Positions 47,598 through 60,000 are shown, numbered from the stretch's first letter. The stretch: DNA of 64,000 nucleotides from an uncultured Methanosarcinales archaeon (GCA_964362365.1 CAYIEF010000003.1:79-64078); one strand, 5' to 3'. Notes: generated by a model from the sequence alone, not told the origin. Translations and numbers: made by a program.

Positions 47598-47837
47598 ATT
47601 CTTTACATTTTCTTTCCTTCTTTTTCTGGTTAGCAGTTATTCACTTTTATCAATAAAAATATCCAAAAATAATAAAGAGAACTTTGCATAATTGATCTTT
47701 TCTTGGCAAAGTTCTCTAAGAGACTTTGAAATGGGCGTAATTTTCGCACTGAACATGACTTACTATGCGAAAATTCCTTTTTTTCAAAGTTCTCTAAAGA
47801 GAATAATTCATAAAAGAATTTTTAAGAAAAACCAAAT

Positions 47838-48422
47838 CTAAACTGTCTTTAAGTCAGCTTGGATAGCTCTCACTTTCTCAATCTTCTGATCTATGTCTAC
47901 TATTTTATCCTTGGCTAAAGATTTCTTCTTGGTAAGGTTAGCTTCTTTTTTCATAAGCTCGGAAATCTGCGTTCGTAAGGATATCTCTTTGGTTTGAGTA
48001 GAACCTAAATTATTAGAAAGCTCAGCCATCTTCGCTTCCAATTTTCTTCGAGAACTTCGTAAGCCCGACAACTCCCGATTTAAATCGCGTAACGCAGCAT
48101 CCAGAAGCGCACGTTCTTTATGCATCCACTTATGGGTGCTTCCTTCTCCTATTTTAGGAGATGGAACAGAAGGTTTGGCTCTTTTTTTATGCTTCTTCGC
48201 CTTCGGATGTTTTTTCATGACTCTCCTCTTTTTTGCTCTGCTCTTCCTTCGTATGGTCTTAAGAGCTTTTCCTTGACTCAATACTTGCATGAAAGAAGTG
48301 CTTGGCCGCGAGGGGGTAATGCTTACTTCTATATGTTGTTCCGGCAGAGGTTTGGAACCAACATCCTGCTCTTCATGGATAAGGACTGCTTTATTTCGCT
48401 TAAACCTATCCAAAAATCCCAT
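47838..48422 (-). CDS. coiled-coil protein with basic region
   Basis: KR-rich segment followed by a long heptad-like helix. Confidence 0.4.
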   Translation of the reverse strand: MGFLDRFKRNKAVLIHEEQDVGSKPLPEQHIEVSITPSRPSTSFMQVLSQGKALKTIRRKSRAKKRRVMKKHPKAKKHKKRAKPSVPSPKIGEGSTHKWMHKERALLDAALRDLNRELSGLRSSRRKLEAKMAELSNNLGSTQTKEISLRTQISELMKKEANLTKKKSLAKDKIVDIDQKIEKVRAIQADLKTV

Positions 48423-48502
48423 CTTGCCTTCACTTCTTTTCTGAAGAGATTAAACAGTAAGTCTTTATAAATTTTTTGTGGTCGCTATTTTCGAAAAAGA
48501 GC

Positions 48503-50296
48503 TTAACTTCCCTTACGGATAATCTCTTCCAGCCTTCCTTTTAGTTTTCTATACGTATCTTCTTTGATGTATCCTCTGTTGTAGCCTTCTCGCAAGGTTG
48601 CCAGCTTGCGCCTATAGTCTGACATATCTCGTTTGATGATAGTCTTTGGTTTTACGATAGTTCTTTGGACGGTCTTCTGCTTGATGATGGTTCTTTGTTT
48701 GATAATGGTCGGTGTTTTGAGCGTTTTAACTTTCTTGATCTTACGCTGGGTGAAGAACAAAGCCACTACAATTCCTACAATGAGTACAAACATGATCGGC
48801 ATAGCCCAAATCAAGGTCCGTCCGCCTGCCAATGCCGCCAATCCTGCTAAGGCAGCTCCTTTAGGCTCTTCTTCGATGGTAAAGAGTTCTGTTGCCGTGG
48901 CGAAAGAATCTGCATAAATCATCTTCAGGGAAAGCACATACTGTCCTGCTGGAAGATCTTTGGGAACAGGAATTGTTTTGGTGAAGGAAGCTTGTTTTTC
49001 AATGCTGATAGATTCTTCTTGACTATACTTAACTGTATTTGCTTGGTCAAATATTTCGTAAAGCAGCTTGACATCCTGAACAGGAACATCCAGCAAATTA
49101 AACACTGATACTGCAACTCGTAAATCTTCTCCTGCTTGTACCACTTTATCCCGAAGATCAAGGCTTCCGTCAAGCAATACAGAATCCGATTCTACTTCGA
49201 GTACCACGATTACAACTTTACTAAATTCTTCTTTTCCTGAGGAATCTGCTGCATGCACCGTTACCGTTCCGGTGTGAGTCCCCAACGCAGCATCCCGCTG
49301 CGGATTAAAGGCCAGCAAAACTGGTTGTTTGCTTTTTACCAGCAGTGAAAAAAGAGCAGGATCTATGGTGATTAGATCTCCTAGGGAAGTGCTTACATCC
49401 ACTTCCAGGTTTTCCATCCAGTCCTGGACAATTGTTATCTTCCGCTCCCACAACTGCGACTGCCTGATGCTGGATTTGAGGACATCATCGCTTAATAGTA
49501 TCCCTTCCCTGATGATTCTTATTTTTAATTTTGCAACATGGTTTTCAATTGATAATAAGGTAATTGATATATCTTTTAATTTATCATCATCGAGGTCGAT
49601 ATCTTCGCTCTCGCCGAGATCTAAATTGATAAATAAGGGATTTGATTTTACCAGCAAGGTGGCTGTATTTCCTTCTATTTTTGAAAGGCTGACAGTATGT
49701 GTTGTGCTTGCCCAGGCAAAAGCGAGATCGAAAGATTGTTCAAGTTCGAATTCCTGAAATTCGGTAGAGAGTTCTACCTCCTTCTTTGGCTTTGGTAGTC
49801 CTCCTCCACCCCCTCCTTCTCCTCCTCCTCCTCCACCGCCTGCTCCGCCTTCGCCAGCCCCGGCTGTAGAGACAGTGAGGTTAAATTGGGCTTCGCTGCT
49901 TGCATTTACGTTACAGTTAGAGGCGTCGGCTACGGTAATGAGTATGGAATGGGCACCGACATTAGCTCCTATGGGGGTGAAGCTGATATACCCGCTTTGA
50001 TTGATGGCAAATAAAGAGGTGTTATCTGCATAACTGAGGCTGGTATTTGCACCGTAGAACGTTGCGCTTACTTGTAATGTAAATGCCGTACTTACGGTAG
50101 CAGTTTGGTCAGCGATGGCGGTGATCGTCGGCGTTCTTGCGATACAAATTGAAGCGCTTCCAGTAGCAGTCGTCGAAGCGGCGGTGGTCGGTGCCGCCAA
50201 TTTACCAGTATTGACAAAGACCACAAAAAAACTAGCCAGGTTGAGTACTAAAAGAAGTATAGCTAATAATAACATCGTCCTCTTTTTTAGTACCAT
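48503..50296 (-). CDS. type I membrane / cell-surface protein
   Basis: Signal peptide. Beta-rich ectodomains. GEGGAGGGGGGGEGGGGGG linker. C-terminal TM helix plus basic cytoplasmic tail. Confidence 0.55.
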   Translation of the reverse strand: MVLKKRTMLLLAILLLVLNLASFFVVFVNTGKLAAPTTAASTTATGSASICIARTPTITAIADQTATVSTAFTLQVSATFYGANTSLSYADNTSLFAINQSGYISFTPIGANVGAHSILITVADASNCNVNASSEAQFNLTVSTAGAGEGGAGGGGGGGEGGGGGGLPKPKKEVELSTEFQEFELEQSFDLAFAWASTTHTVSLSKIEGNTATLLVKSNPLFINLDLGESEDIDLDDDKLKDISITLLSIENHVAKLKIRIIREGILLSDDVLKSSIRQSQLWERKITIVQDWMENLEVDVSTSLGDLITIDPALFSLLVKSKQPVLLAFNPQRDAALGTHTGTVTVHAADSSGKEEFSKVVIVVLEVESDSVLLDGSLDLRDKVVQAGEDLRVAVSVFNLLDVPVQDVKLLYEIFDQANTVKYSQEESISIEKQASFTKTIPVPKDLPAGQYVLSLKMIYADSFATATELFTIEEEPKGAALAGLAALAGGRTLIWAMPIMFVLIVGIVVALFFTQRKIKKVKTLKTPTIIKQRTIIKQKTVQRTIVKPKTIIKRDMSDYRRKLATLREGYNRGYIKEDTYRKLKGRLEEIIRKGS

Positions 50297-50365
50297 TTAT
50301 GCAGCTCATAGAAGCAATAACCTATAAATACTTATCTTTTTTAAGAAAATAAAATAAGAGATTAA

Positions 50366-50755
50366 TCAATGCATCCGTTCATCAATCTCTTTTGCTACTT
50401 CTTTAAGCTCAGTAAATACTGATTCGGTGTCTCTTTTCAGATCGTCTATCAAGCGGAGAAGGCTCTGTTCCCGCAAAAGGTATCCTTCCTTCTCCCGCAC
50501 CACTATGCCAGAATCCATCAATCTGGTTAAATGATGCACTACTGTGCCTCGGCTTAAATGCAGCCGCTCTGCTATTTTGTCAGAAGAAAGCGGCGCATCT
50601 GATTTCTTGACTAAGGCGATGAAGATTCTAAAGCAGCTGCTATCTTTATCCCGCAAACCAAATAGTCCTAAAGAATTACCCAGCCATTGAAGATCGGCGT
50701 TGATGTTGCTCTCGGGCGTTCTGCGGATTTTGATGACCGTGACTCTTCGTATCAT
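50366..50755 (-). CDS. winged-HTH transcriptional regulator, divergent from grpE
   Basis: HTH segment LSSDKIAERLHLSRGTVVHHLTRLMDSGIV. Confidence 0.5.
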   Translation of the reverse strand: MIRRVTVIKIRRTPESNINADLQWLGNSLGLFGLRDKDSSCFRIFIALVKKSDAPLSSDKIAERLHLSRGTVVHHLTRLMDSGIVVREKEGYLLREQSLLRLIDDLKRDTESVFTELKEVAKEIDERMH

Positions 50756-50856
50756 GATCTCTAGTTATTTTTACGGAATTTTTAAACTTTGCCCGAAAGA
50801 TTTATATATAATTTTGATTTTAGCCCAACTAAGTTGACTTAAAGTCAACAACGGGA

Positions 50857-51567
50857 GTGCAAATTACCATGATGGAAACAAAATCAAACCAAGGGATTGA
50901 ACCAGAAAATAAATCTGCTCCTGAAGCAGAACAGAAAAAAGAGCTAAGCGTAGAAGAACTAACAGATCTTCTTCAGAGAACACAAGCTAATTTTGAAAAT
51001 TACCGCAAGCAGACCCAAACCTATATCGAAGAAATCAAAAAAATGGCAGCACGTGATATAGTACTGCAAGTGTTACCAGTGCTTGACAATTTTGAATTAG
51101 CATTAAAAGCTGTTCCTCAAGACCAAGAAAATACCGATTTTGTTCAGGGTATCAAACTGATCAATTCTCAATTGTTACGGGTACTGCAGCATAATAACAT
51201 ACTTCCTATCGAGACTCTGAATAAAAATTTTGATCCTTTTTATCATGAAGCGCTGATGAAAGTGCCATCGGAGGCGCCAGCAAATAGAATTATCGAAGAG
51301 TTCCAGCGAGGGTACATAATGCACGGCAGAGTATTGCGGCATGCCAAAGTGAAGATAAGCGCTGGAAAAAAAAGAGAAGAGGAAAATAAAATGGAAGAAA
51401 AAAATAAGTTTTATAGTGCCTTAGAAATTAAGGAAAAATTTTTTGCAGGACAAAAACAACGACCAGATACTTTTGAAGCTGGTGGATTTCCCGGCATTGA
51501 GACAGGTCATCAAGAAGAGAAAGTTCACGAAAATAAAGGAGCAGGTGCACAACCACGAAAAATATAA
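50857..51567 (+). CDS. grpE: nucleotide exchange factor GrpE
   Basis: FENYRKQ and VLPVLDNFELA GrpE motifs. Confidence 0.85.
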   Translation: MQITMMETKSNQGIEPENKSAPEAEQKKELSVEELTDLLQRTQANFENYRKQTQTYIEEIKKMAARDIVLQVLPVLDNFELALKAVPQDQENTDFVQGIKLINSQLLRVLQHNNILPIETLNKNFDPFYHEALMKVPSEAPANRIIEEFQRGYIMHGRVLRHAKVKISAGKKREEENKMEEKNKFYSALEIKEKFFAGQKQRPDTFEAGGFPGIETGHQEEKVHENKGAGAQPRKI

Positions 51568-51664
51568 AGATGAAAATTATCAATTTTATTTTTGGTCTAG
51601 GGATTACAATTTCGGTGATAGGATGTTTAATTTATTTAGTTAATCAAACAGGAGGAAAATAAAA

Positions 51665-53554
51665 ATGACAAACGCAAAAAATACAAAAGTATCAGGTCCA
51701 ACCATTGGAATCGATCTAGGTACAACTTTCTCTGCGGTCGCAGTATTGGAAGGTGGAAAGCCGACTATTATTGCAAACGCAGAGGGAACCAGAACCACGC
51801 CCAGCGTAGTGCATGTAAAGGATGATGAAATTATCGTCGGGCAAGTGGCCAGAAACCAGGCTATTATTGATCCTTCGCACACTATCAGATCCATCAAACG
51901 AAAGATGGGCACTGACGAGAAAGTAGAAATAGATGGAAAGGATTATACTCCAGAACAAATTTCTGCCATGATTTTACAAAAGCTGAAGCGTGATGCAGAA
52001 GCATACTTAGGGCAGACCGTACATAATGCAGTCATTACTGTTCCTGCCTATTTTAATGATGCGCAGAGGCAGGCGACTAAAAACGCCGGGGAGATCGCCG
52101 GACTGAATGTTCTTCGTATCATCAACGAGCCTACCGCCGCAGCTTTAGCGTACGGATTAGATAAACAGGGAAAAGATCATACTATCCTAGTATTCGATTT
52201 TGGAGGAGGAACATTTGATGTCTCTATCCTAGAATTAGGAGATGGCATCTTTGAAGTAAAATCTACTTCTGGAGACAATTTCTTGGGAGGAGATGATGTA
52301 GATCAGCTTATCATTGATCATCTGGCTAAAACTTTCAAAAGTTCAACCGGTATAGACTTGCGCAACGATGCGACCGCGATGCAGAGATTGAAAGAAGCGG
52401 CAGAGAAAGCAAAAATAGAGTTGTCTTCCAAGACCAAAGTGGAGATCAGCATTCCTTTTATCACTGCGGATCAGCACGGGCCAAAGCATATCAAAGAAGA
52501 ATTAACTAGAGCTAAATTTGAAGAATTGATTTTCGAGATTCTGAAAAAATTAGAAGGGCCGGTAAAGAGCGCCTTACGCGATGCCGAACTTACTCCGGTA
52601 AAAATAGATAAAGTTATTTTTGTAGGCGGATCAACCAGAATCCCAGCAGTTCAAGAATTAGTAAAGAAACTCACCGGGAAAGAAGGAGATAAATCAGTTA
52701 ATCCTGATGAGGCAGTAGCAGTAGGAGCAGCGATCCAAGCAGGAGTTCTGGCCGGAGATATCAAAGACGTCTTGCTTTTAGACGTCACTCCTTTATCATT
52801 GGGGATAGAAACATTAGGCGGAGTATTTACTCAGCTTATCGAGAGAAATACGACCATCCCTACCAAAAAATCGCAAATATTCTCCACCGCAGCTGATAAC
52901 CAGACTGCAGTAACCATTCGAGTTGCACAAGGAGAAAGACCGATGTTTTCAGATAACAAGGTTTTGGGACAATTTGATTTAGTAGGAATACCTCCCGCGC
53001 CTCGAGGAGTTCCTCAGGTAGAAGTAACTTTTGACATTGATGCCAACGGAATACTTCATGTCAGCGCCCAGGATAAAGGGACCGGAAAAGAACACAAAAT
53101 TAAAATTACCGGCACGGGAAACCTGAGCAAAGATGAAGTGGAAAAGATGAAAGAAGAAGCGAAGAAAAACGAAGCGGAAGATGCCAAGAGAAAGGCGAAA
53201 ATCGAAGCTGATAACAATGCCGAAGCAGTGATCTTCCAAACTAAAAAAGTTCTGGAAGATTTCAAAGACAAAGTCGATGCAGAGACCAAAAAGAAGATCG
53301 AGGCTAAAATTTCCGAACTGGAAACTGCTAAGAAAGAAGGAGACGTCTCAGCCATCAACGCCAAGATCGAAGAGCTGAACAAAACGGTGCAGGAAATTGG
53401 CTCCAAGATTTACCAAGAGATGGCTGCTAAACAACAGCAGCGGTCTCCGCCGAATTCAGAAGAAGCATCCAACGACACCACCGGCGACAGTGAGAAAGTA
53501 GTGGATGCTGAGTTCACTGAGAAAGGTAAGGAGAAGAAAAAGGGAAAAGCATAA
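51665..53554 (+). CDS. dnaK: chaperone DnaK (Hsp70)
   Basis: [24 protein letters not shown] and VGGSTRIP motifs. Confidence 0.95.
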   Translation: MTNAKNTKVSGPTIGIDLGTTFSAVAVLEGGKPTIIANAEGTRTTPSVVHVKDDEIIVGQVARNQAIIDPSHTIRSIKRKMGTDEKVEIDGKDYTPEQISAMILQKLKRDAEAYLGQTVHNAVITVPAYFNDAQRQATKNAGEIAGLNVLRIINEPTAAALAYGLDKQGKDHTILVFDFGGGTFDVSILELGDGIFEVKSTSGDNFLGGDDVDQLIIDHLAKTFKSSTGIDLRNDATAMQRLKEAAEKAKIELSSKTKVEISIPFITADQHGPKHIKEELTRAKFEELIFEILKKLEGPVKSALRDAELTPVKIDKVIFVGGSTRIPAVQELVKKLTGKEGDKSVNPDEAVAVGAAIQAGVLAGDIKDVLLLDVTPLSLGIETLGGVFTQLIERNTTIPTKKSQIFSTAADNQTAVTIRVAQGERPMFSDNKVLGQFDLVGIPPAPRGVPQVEVTFDIDANGILHVSAQDKGTGKEHKIKITGTGNLSKDEVEKMKEEAKKNEAEDAKRKAKIEADNNAEAVIFQTKKVLEDFKDKVDAETKKKIEAKISELETAKKEGDVSAINAKIEELNKTVQEIGSKIYQEMAAKQQQRSPPNSEEASNDTTGDSEKVVDAEFTEKGKEKKKGKA

Positions 53555-53587
53555 GCTTTTTAATTATTCTTTTTTTTATTTTGAAAA

Positions 53588-53989
53588 ATGGCAATAAGAG
53601 AATTTAGGCTGGAAGATGCAGAAGAGGTTTTTGTACTTTGGAAGAAAGCAGGAATATTCTATGACCCCTGGGATAAAAAGGAAAATCTGGCCGAGAAGCA
53701 AAAAAAAGAATCGGATCTCTTTTTAGTTTACGAAGAAAATAAGAAAGTTGTCGGTGTCGCCCTTAGCCAATATGATGGCTGGGGATCATATATACACCAT
53801 TTGGCTAGCGCTGATAGTTATGGTAAAATTGGAAGCGCATTAATCAAAGAAATGGAAAGAAGATTAAAGTCGAAAGGAGCTAAAACTGTTTTTTTATTTA
53901 CAAACCCAAAATCAAAAGAATCAGCATTTGTTCAAAACGAGGGATATAAAAGCTGGGGGATAAGCGAAGGCTGGGAGAAGAAACTATGA
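53588..53989 (+). CDS. GNAT family N-acetyltransferase
   Basis: Acetyl-CoA-binding pattern (VGVALSQ...KIGSALIKEMERRLKSKGAK). Confidence 0.6.
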   Translation: MAIREFRLEDAEEVFVLWKKAGIFYDPWDKKENLAEKQKKESDLFLVYEENKKVVGVALSQYDGWGSYIHHLASADSYGKIGSALIKEMERRLKSKGAKTVFLFTNPKSKESAFVQNEGYKSWGISEGWEKKL

Positions 53990-54630
53990 AACTTCCAACC
54001 GAACAGCAGTGCCTGAACTATTTTGCGGAGTATAAAGTACCGGACAATATCTTTCGACATTGCTGCAAAGTTCGGGAAGTGGCCGTATTTTTAGCTAAGC
54101 GATTGGAAGGAAAGAAAATTCCTATCAATGTTGAATTTGTCAGCTGCCTAGCCTATTTTCACGATCTTTGTAAGATGATTGTTATTAAGGATTTTGGCGC
54201 AAATGAATTCCATAAAGATGCAACTGTAACCAAAGAACAGGCAAAATTCTGGGAAGAAATGCAACAAAAATATCAGAATCATTACGAAGGAGAGATGGCC
54301 CATAAAATATTCAAAGATAAGTACCCTGAATTAGCTCTGGCTTTGCGTGATGTAAGCAGTCCGCGCAATCAGAATCCAACTTGGGAAGAATTAGTGGTCC
54401 ATTACGCGGATTGGCGGGTTTTAAGAGAAAAAATAGTTCTTTTAGGAGAGCGCCTGGCTTACTTGAAAAAAAGATATCCGCGCACTGCTGAAGCCTGGGA
54501 TAAATACGAACGGTTAATTAAATCACAAGAACAAAAAATATTTTCAGAACTTTCATTTGATCCGGGCGAATTAGCGGAAGAAATGGGAAGAGAAATTGAA
54601 CAGAAATCTCCGATGGTGCAGCATGGCTGA
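53986..54630 (+). CDS. HD domain phosphohydrolase
   Basis: H...HD motif (HCCKV...YFHDLCK) and a distal His (VVHYADW). Confidence 0.55.
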   Translation: MKLPTEQQCLNYFAEYKVPDNIFRHCCKVREVAVFLAKRLEGKKIPINVEFVSCLAYFHDLCKMIVIKDFGANEFHKDATVTKEQAKFWEEMQQKYQNHYEGEMAHKIFKDKYPELALALRDVSSPRNQNPTWEELVVHYADWRVLREKIVLLGERLAYLKKRYPRTAEAWDKYERLIKSQEQKIFSELSFDPGELAEEMGREIEQKSPMVQHG

Positions 54631-55762
54631 TAAAGATTATTATCAAATCCTTGGGGTGCAGAAAAATGCTACTAAGGAAGAAATTAAAAAAGCATTCAAG
54701 AAATTAGCGATGCAGTATCATCCTGATCGCGCTCCAGAAGACAAAAAGAAAGAACACGAAGAAAAATTCAAAGAGATCAATGAAGCAGTCTCTGTTTTAG
54801 GCGACGATAAAAAAAGGCAGCAATATGACCAATTTGGCAGCGCGGCATTTTCCGGAGGCGCTGGAGCTGGGGGATCGGGATTCCAGCAAGGTTTTGATTA
54901 TTCCGACATCATGTCCCAGTTTAGATCTGGCATGTTTGGTGACTTTGATGATATTTTTGATCACCTTTTCGGCGGCAGCAGAGGCGGAAGACAAAGAGCG
55001 CGGCGAGGAGCAGACTTATTGTATGAAACAGAGATAACCTTGGAAGAGGCATATTCCGGAGCTTCTAAGACTATTTCTTTAAACAAACTGGAACAATGTC
55101 CTGAATGCGAAGGGAAAGGAGCGCACCAATTTGAATCCTGTCGTCATTGCCACGGTTCAGGTTATATGAAAAGGACACAGCGCACCCCATTTGGTTTATT
55201 CCAACAGACCGGCCCATGTCCTTACTGCCATGGGAAAGGAGAACTCCCTCAGGATTCTTGCAAGGAATGTGGTGGGGAAGGAGTGATAAGAAGGAAAAAA
55301 GAACTGGAAGTTTCTATCCCTGCAGGAATTGAAGATGGTATGCGGCTGCGTATTTCCGGGGAGGGGGAAATAGGAGAACAAAAAGGTCCAGCCGGGGATC
55401 TTTATCTGCAGGTTAAGATTAAAGCGCATAAGCTCTTTCAAAGGAAAGGGAATGATCTGCATTTGACCGTCCCGGTTTCATTTTCGCAAGCAGTCTTGGG
55501 CGATGAAATTGAAGTGCCGACTGTCGACGGAAAAGCAAAATTGACTATTCCTGCTGGAACGCAGACAGAAACTATCCTGCGTATGCGCGGAAAAGGAATG
55601 CCTTCTTTGCACGATTCTGGAAAAGGCGACCAAATGGCTACAATGCATGTCGCAGTTCCGACTAAACTCAACAAGAGACAAAAAGAGTTGATCAAAGAAC
55701 TTCACGAAGAAAAGCCGCAGACAGGTTTTTTTAAGAAGATTTTTACCAGTACTTTTTTGTAA
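54623..55762 (+). CDS. dnaJ: chaperone DnaJ
   Basis: J domain with HPD (YHPDR). G/F-rich region. Four CxxCxGxG zinc repeats. 8-nt overlap with the HD gene. Confidence 0.9.
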   Translation: MADKDYYQILGVQKNATKEEIKKAFKKLAMQYHPDRAPEDKKKEHEEKFKEINEAVSVLGDDKKRQQYDQFGSAAFSGGAGAGGSGFQQGFDYSDIMSQFRSGMFGDFDDIFDHLFGGSRGGRQRARRGADLLYETEITLEEAYSGASKTISLNKLEQCPECEGKGAHQFESCRHCHGSGYMKRTQRTPFGLFQQTGPCPYCHGKGELPQDSCKECGGEGVIRRKKELEVSIPAGIEDGMRLRISGEGEIGEQKGPAGDLYLQVKIKAHKLFQRKGNDLHLTVPVSFSQAVLGDEIEVPTVDGKAKLTIPAGTQTETILRMRGKGMPSLHDSGKGDQMATMHVAVPTKLNKRQKELIKELHEEKPQTGFFKKIFTSTFL

Positions 55763-55857
55763 AAAGCGCTGTCATGGCCAAGAAAGAAAATTTTATCATA
55801 AGATTATTTTTGCGCAAGAAAAGCGAAAAATGAAAACTGATCTTTTCCAAATATTCT

Positions 55858-57090
55858 TTACTCATACTTCTCTCTATTCATGTATCTCCAAGCAACATAG
55901 AATCCAATCATTCCCAGCAATATTCCTACCAGCAGCCAGGGAGCGGCACCAGAGAAACCTCCAAATCCCACTGCTGCTCCAGTCAATGCCGGCGGAACGA
56001 GGTTTAGTTTTGCAGCATCTTCTTCCGTCACCAAGTTGGTCTCAAAGATAAATTTCTTTTCATCCATCCTGACCAAAGCCCAGAAATGTGCTGTCATCTC
56101 AAAAGTATACTTCCCAGGGCCTTTATCTTTGGCATCAAGGTAATCTGAAATTCGCTGCATCATCTCTGCTTCGATGTCCACCGAACGGGTCCTAAATTCA
56201 TCGATCTTCTGGCCTTCCCGCAGCACTTCTACATCGACATAGACATTGCGTATCTGCTGGTTCCATTTGTTAAGCAGATCCAAAGTATATTGATTGACTT
56301 TGTGAGCAATGAGGTATCGGTCGAAGTAAGTGATCTCTATCTCTGGCTTTCCGATAAGGAGAGTCTTGTACAATTCCAAGGTTTGGTCGTCATATTTAGT
56401 TATCGCAGAAACTTCGTACTGTCCTGCCTCATTGAAATTATCTTTTTCAATAGTTGTGGTGAGCAGTTTTGTTTCCTTGGTTTTAAGGCTCTCAGTCTGA
56501 GTTTCCAACTCATGTTCTTTCTGTTCTCTGTCATTGACATAAAACTTGGTCTGCACTTTCTGGATATCTTTTTTTCCTAAATTCTTCACTTCTGCCACCA
56601 GTTCAACTTCGTCTCCCTTCTCATGGAAGTTCAATGATCCTTCGACGTACAGATCAGGATAAGGTCCGATAAATGTTATTTTATGTTTTAACAGCAATTT
56701 AGACGAGACAGCGTTATCCAAGCCATCTTCGAATCGCTCTTCGATCACGATATTAGCGATGGAGCCTCCAGGAGGAATATCTTCTTTTTTGAATTCGATC
56801 TCAAATTCTACTTCCTTGGCTTCATCTTCCGGGCGGAAGGTTAATTTTTTTGGATAGGTCTTTATCCTGACAAATTCGGCCATCTCCCCCTCTTCATAAA
56901 CATCGACCGTAAATTCTCTCCCTTCGTTATTGACTACCCACAGTTTTCCATCAATTTTGATATTGTTCTCCTCATACTCATCGACGGCAATATTTGTTTT
57001 CGCTGGCCTGATTCCAATAGCTGTAACTAACTGGATGCTCATCAAGAACATTAACAGGGCCGCTATCCATACTATCTTTTTCTGTTTCAT
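55858..57090 (-). CDS. secreted protein with C-terminal transmembrane anchor
   Basis: N-terminal signal peptide. C-terminal GFGGFSGAAPWLLVGILLGMIGFYVAW TM plus a short basic tail. Confidence 0.5.
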   Translation of the reverse strand: MKQKKIVWIAALLMFLMSIQLVTAIGIRPAKTNIAVDEYEENNIKIDGKLWVVNNEGREFTVDVYEEGEMAEFVRIKTYPKKLTFRPEDEAKEVEFEIEFKKEDIPPGGSIANIVIEERFEDGLDNAVSSKLLLKHKITFIGPYPDLYVEGSLNFHEKGDEVELVAEVKNLGKKDIQKVQTKFYVNDREQKEHELETQTESLKTKETKLLTTTIEKDNFNEAGQYEVSAITKYDDQTLELYKTLLIGKPEIEITYFDRYLIAHKVNQYTLDLLNKWNQQIRNVYVDVEVLREGQKIDEFRTRSVDIEAEMMQRISDYLDAKDKGPGKYTFEMTAHFWALVRMDEKKFIFETNLVTEEDAAKLNLVPPALTGAAVGFGGFSGAAPWLLVGILLGMIGFYVAWRYMNREKYE

Positions 57091-57098
57091 CTTGTCTC

Positions 57099-60000
57099 TT
57101 AGCCAGTTATGGTAAAGGTCATGGTCGAAGTTTTGCTTCCTGGCGTTTCATTTCCAGGCACAGAAATGTTTAAATCAGTTAAAAAGTCATTGCTGATGCT
57201 GTGCCAATCTAAATTGATGACATGGAAGATGTTAGCGCCAAGGGTGCTGTTAGTTTGATTCCACTCCGTCGCCGAGGCAGTAGTATTAAATGCCCCGCTT
57301 TCGTTTGCTCTTATCTTGAATCGGTAAAAGCTTGAGGGCATCGACACCGCGGTGAAGAACGCGGTTCCAGTAACAGTTATGTTAGCGATGATATTTCCCA
57401 CATTTTCCACCCGGAAGGGAGAGGCATTATTTGGGGTGCTGACATTTGCTCCCACTGGCAATGTTCCAAATGCTACCGTTTCTTCTGTAACATTGATCGC
57501 TAGGTACGATTGCACGGTGAAATTGCGAGTTTCCGAGATACTGCCAGCATTGAGGCTATCGTTGGCAAGAACTCTCCAGAAATAGGATGTATCTACGCCC
57601 AATTCTGTGCTCAGAGTATAAGTAACGTTGTTAATAGTAGTATTGGTAATACCGCCAACATTTACTTCCAGATTGTTGAAGAGAATATTATCATCAACCT
57701 GTATTCTATAAGTAACCGCCTCTCCATCAGCATCGTTGGAAACGTTCCAAACAAAGGTAGGCGTTCTGGTAGTGACAGTACTTCGGTTGGTAAGATTCCA
57801 AAGCACTGGAATAGTGGGAGCGGTATTAACAATGGTAAGATTGTTTGAAATCACCAGCGGCCCATCTTCTGTTCCATCATTTGGCGTAGCCTGCACGGTC
57901 CAGTTTTCTCCGCGGACAGTTTCATTTGTAGTTATGACATTGGATTGGTTTCTCCAGATGGCATAGATCTGTGCTGCGGAGAGTGATCGGTTGAAAATAA
58001 TGACTTCATCGATGGTTCCGTTGAATCCGTTGACACCAGCAAATGCTTCCGGACTATCAATTCCAATGGCCAGATGCACAGTATTGGCGACAGATTTACC
58101 GCTCAGCGCGGAAATGCTTCTGGTAGGCGGACTTCCGTCTGGAACGCCGTCAACATAGTAGGTTGCTGAAGCACCCCGGTCAAAGGTTACCGCAACATGA
58201 TGCCACTTATTATCAACAAGATCGGTTGCTGAATCTGCACTGCCAGATGCAAGACTAATACCATCACCTAGCAAGAAAGAGAGCCGTCGACGAGCTGGGG
58301 TAGTCTGAATAGCAAGCCGATATCCCTTATTGTTTGAATCTCTCTTACCAATAATCACCATCGAAGTAATGTCATTAAGGTCCATGGAAACATTTGATTT
58401 AATCCAGGCCATAAGGGTAAAATCATTGGTTCCGATATCTAAATTACCATTGTCGGTAATGTTGATAAATTGCCGTGAATCCGGCGCATTCACAAACTCA
58501 AATGCTCCCCTGTTATCGTAACCGCCGGTGGAGTTCCAGAATGCATTAAACACTGTTCCATTATAGCTGAAAGGGGTGTAATCCTTTGCTCCATTGGTTG
58601 TTCCGGTGGAATTTCCGCTCAGCGATCCTCCTTCAAAGGGCAAGTTGAGGAGAGCGATAGATGTTTCATTCCTGAGCCAGTTGTAAATTACTCTCACAGA
58701 ATCACCATCAGGCTCCACTACGGTTGCATAGGCAGTTAAGTTTACTTCTGTTTTATTTGAAGAAAGATTGGTTGTATTTAACACCAAAGTAGTAATGTTG
58801 GGTGTGGTCCTAATGGTGATATTACTTGACATCACCAATTGTCCATCTTCATATCCATCATTCGGCGTAGCCTGTACGCTCCATTTTTCTCCTCCAACAG
58901 TTTCATTTGCCACAATGGTGTTTGTTTGGTTTCTCCAGATGGCATAGATTTGTCCTGCGGAGAGTGATCGGTTGAAAATCATCAATTCGTCGATGGTTCC
59001 ATTGAAATCGTTGGCGCCTGCCGCCGCTCCAACTTCAGGATTAATCATTCCAATGGTCAGATGCGCTGTATTGGCGAGAGACCCCTGCCGCGCAGAAATG
59101 GCCCTGTTAGGCGGACTTCCGTCTGGAACGCCGTCAACATAGTAGGTTGCTGAAGCATCCCGGTCAAAAGTTACAGCAACATGATGCCACTTATCATCAT
59201 CAAGATCAGTTGCTGACGCTGCCCCGCCAAACACCGTTCCCGTGCCATCATTTAGGGAAAAGGCTAGCCGTTGAAGCCCCGCAGAAGTGGCAGCTTCTAT
59301 AAATAATTCATATCCCGTGTTTGATGAATTCCTTTTGCTGAGAATTCTATATCCGCTCCCCGTAGAATCCCCAGACTCATTGTATTTAATCCAGGCCGTA
59401 ACCGTAAAATCATTGGTTCCGATGTCTAAAGTATCATCATCTGTTATATTGATAAATTGTCGTGTACCAGTTGGATTATTCACGAATTTATATGCTCCAT
59501 TGTTATCGTAACCGCCGGTGGAGTTCCAGGATGCCCTATGTACTGATCCATTGTTGCTGTAAGGGGTATAATCTTTTGCCCCATTGGTTGTTCCACTGGA
59601 ATTTCCGTTCAGTGATCCTCCTTCAAAGGGCATGTTGAGGACAGTAAAGGAGCTGCCATTCCTCAGCCAATTATAGATTACCTTGACGGTATCATCAGGA
59701 TCAGCATCCGAGGTAGTTGCGTAGGCAGTCAAGTTGACATTGGTATTATTGGAAGTGACATTGGTGCTGTTTAATACCAGGGCAGTTATAACTGGTTTAC
59801 CATTGAGGATAGTCTCATTCTTTGCTTTTATCGCTATCGTACCATCCGCAAATGTTCCATCGCTAAATCCGTCGTTTGGTGTAGCCTGCACGGTCCAGTT
59901 TTCTCCACGGACAGTTTCCTGCGCCACGATGACATCAGTTTGATTTCTCCATAACGCGTAGATCTGTTCTGCAGGCAGGCTTCTATTCCAGACCATCACT

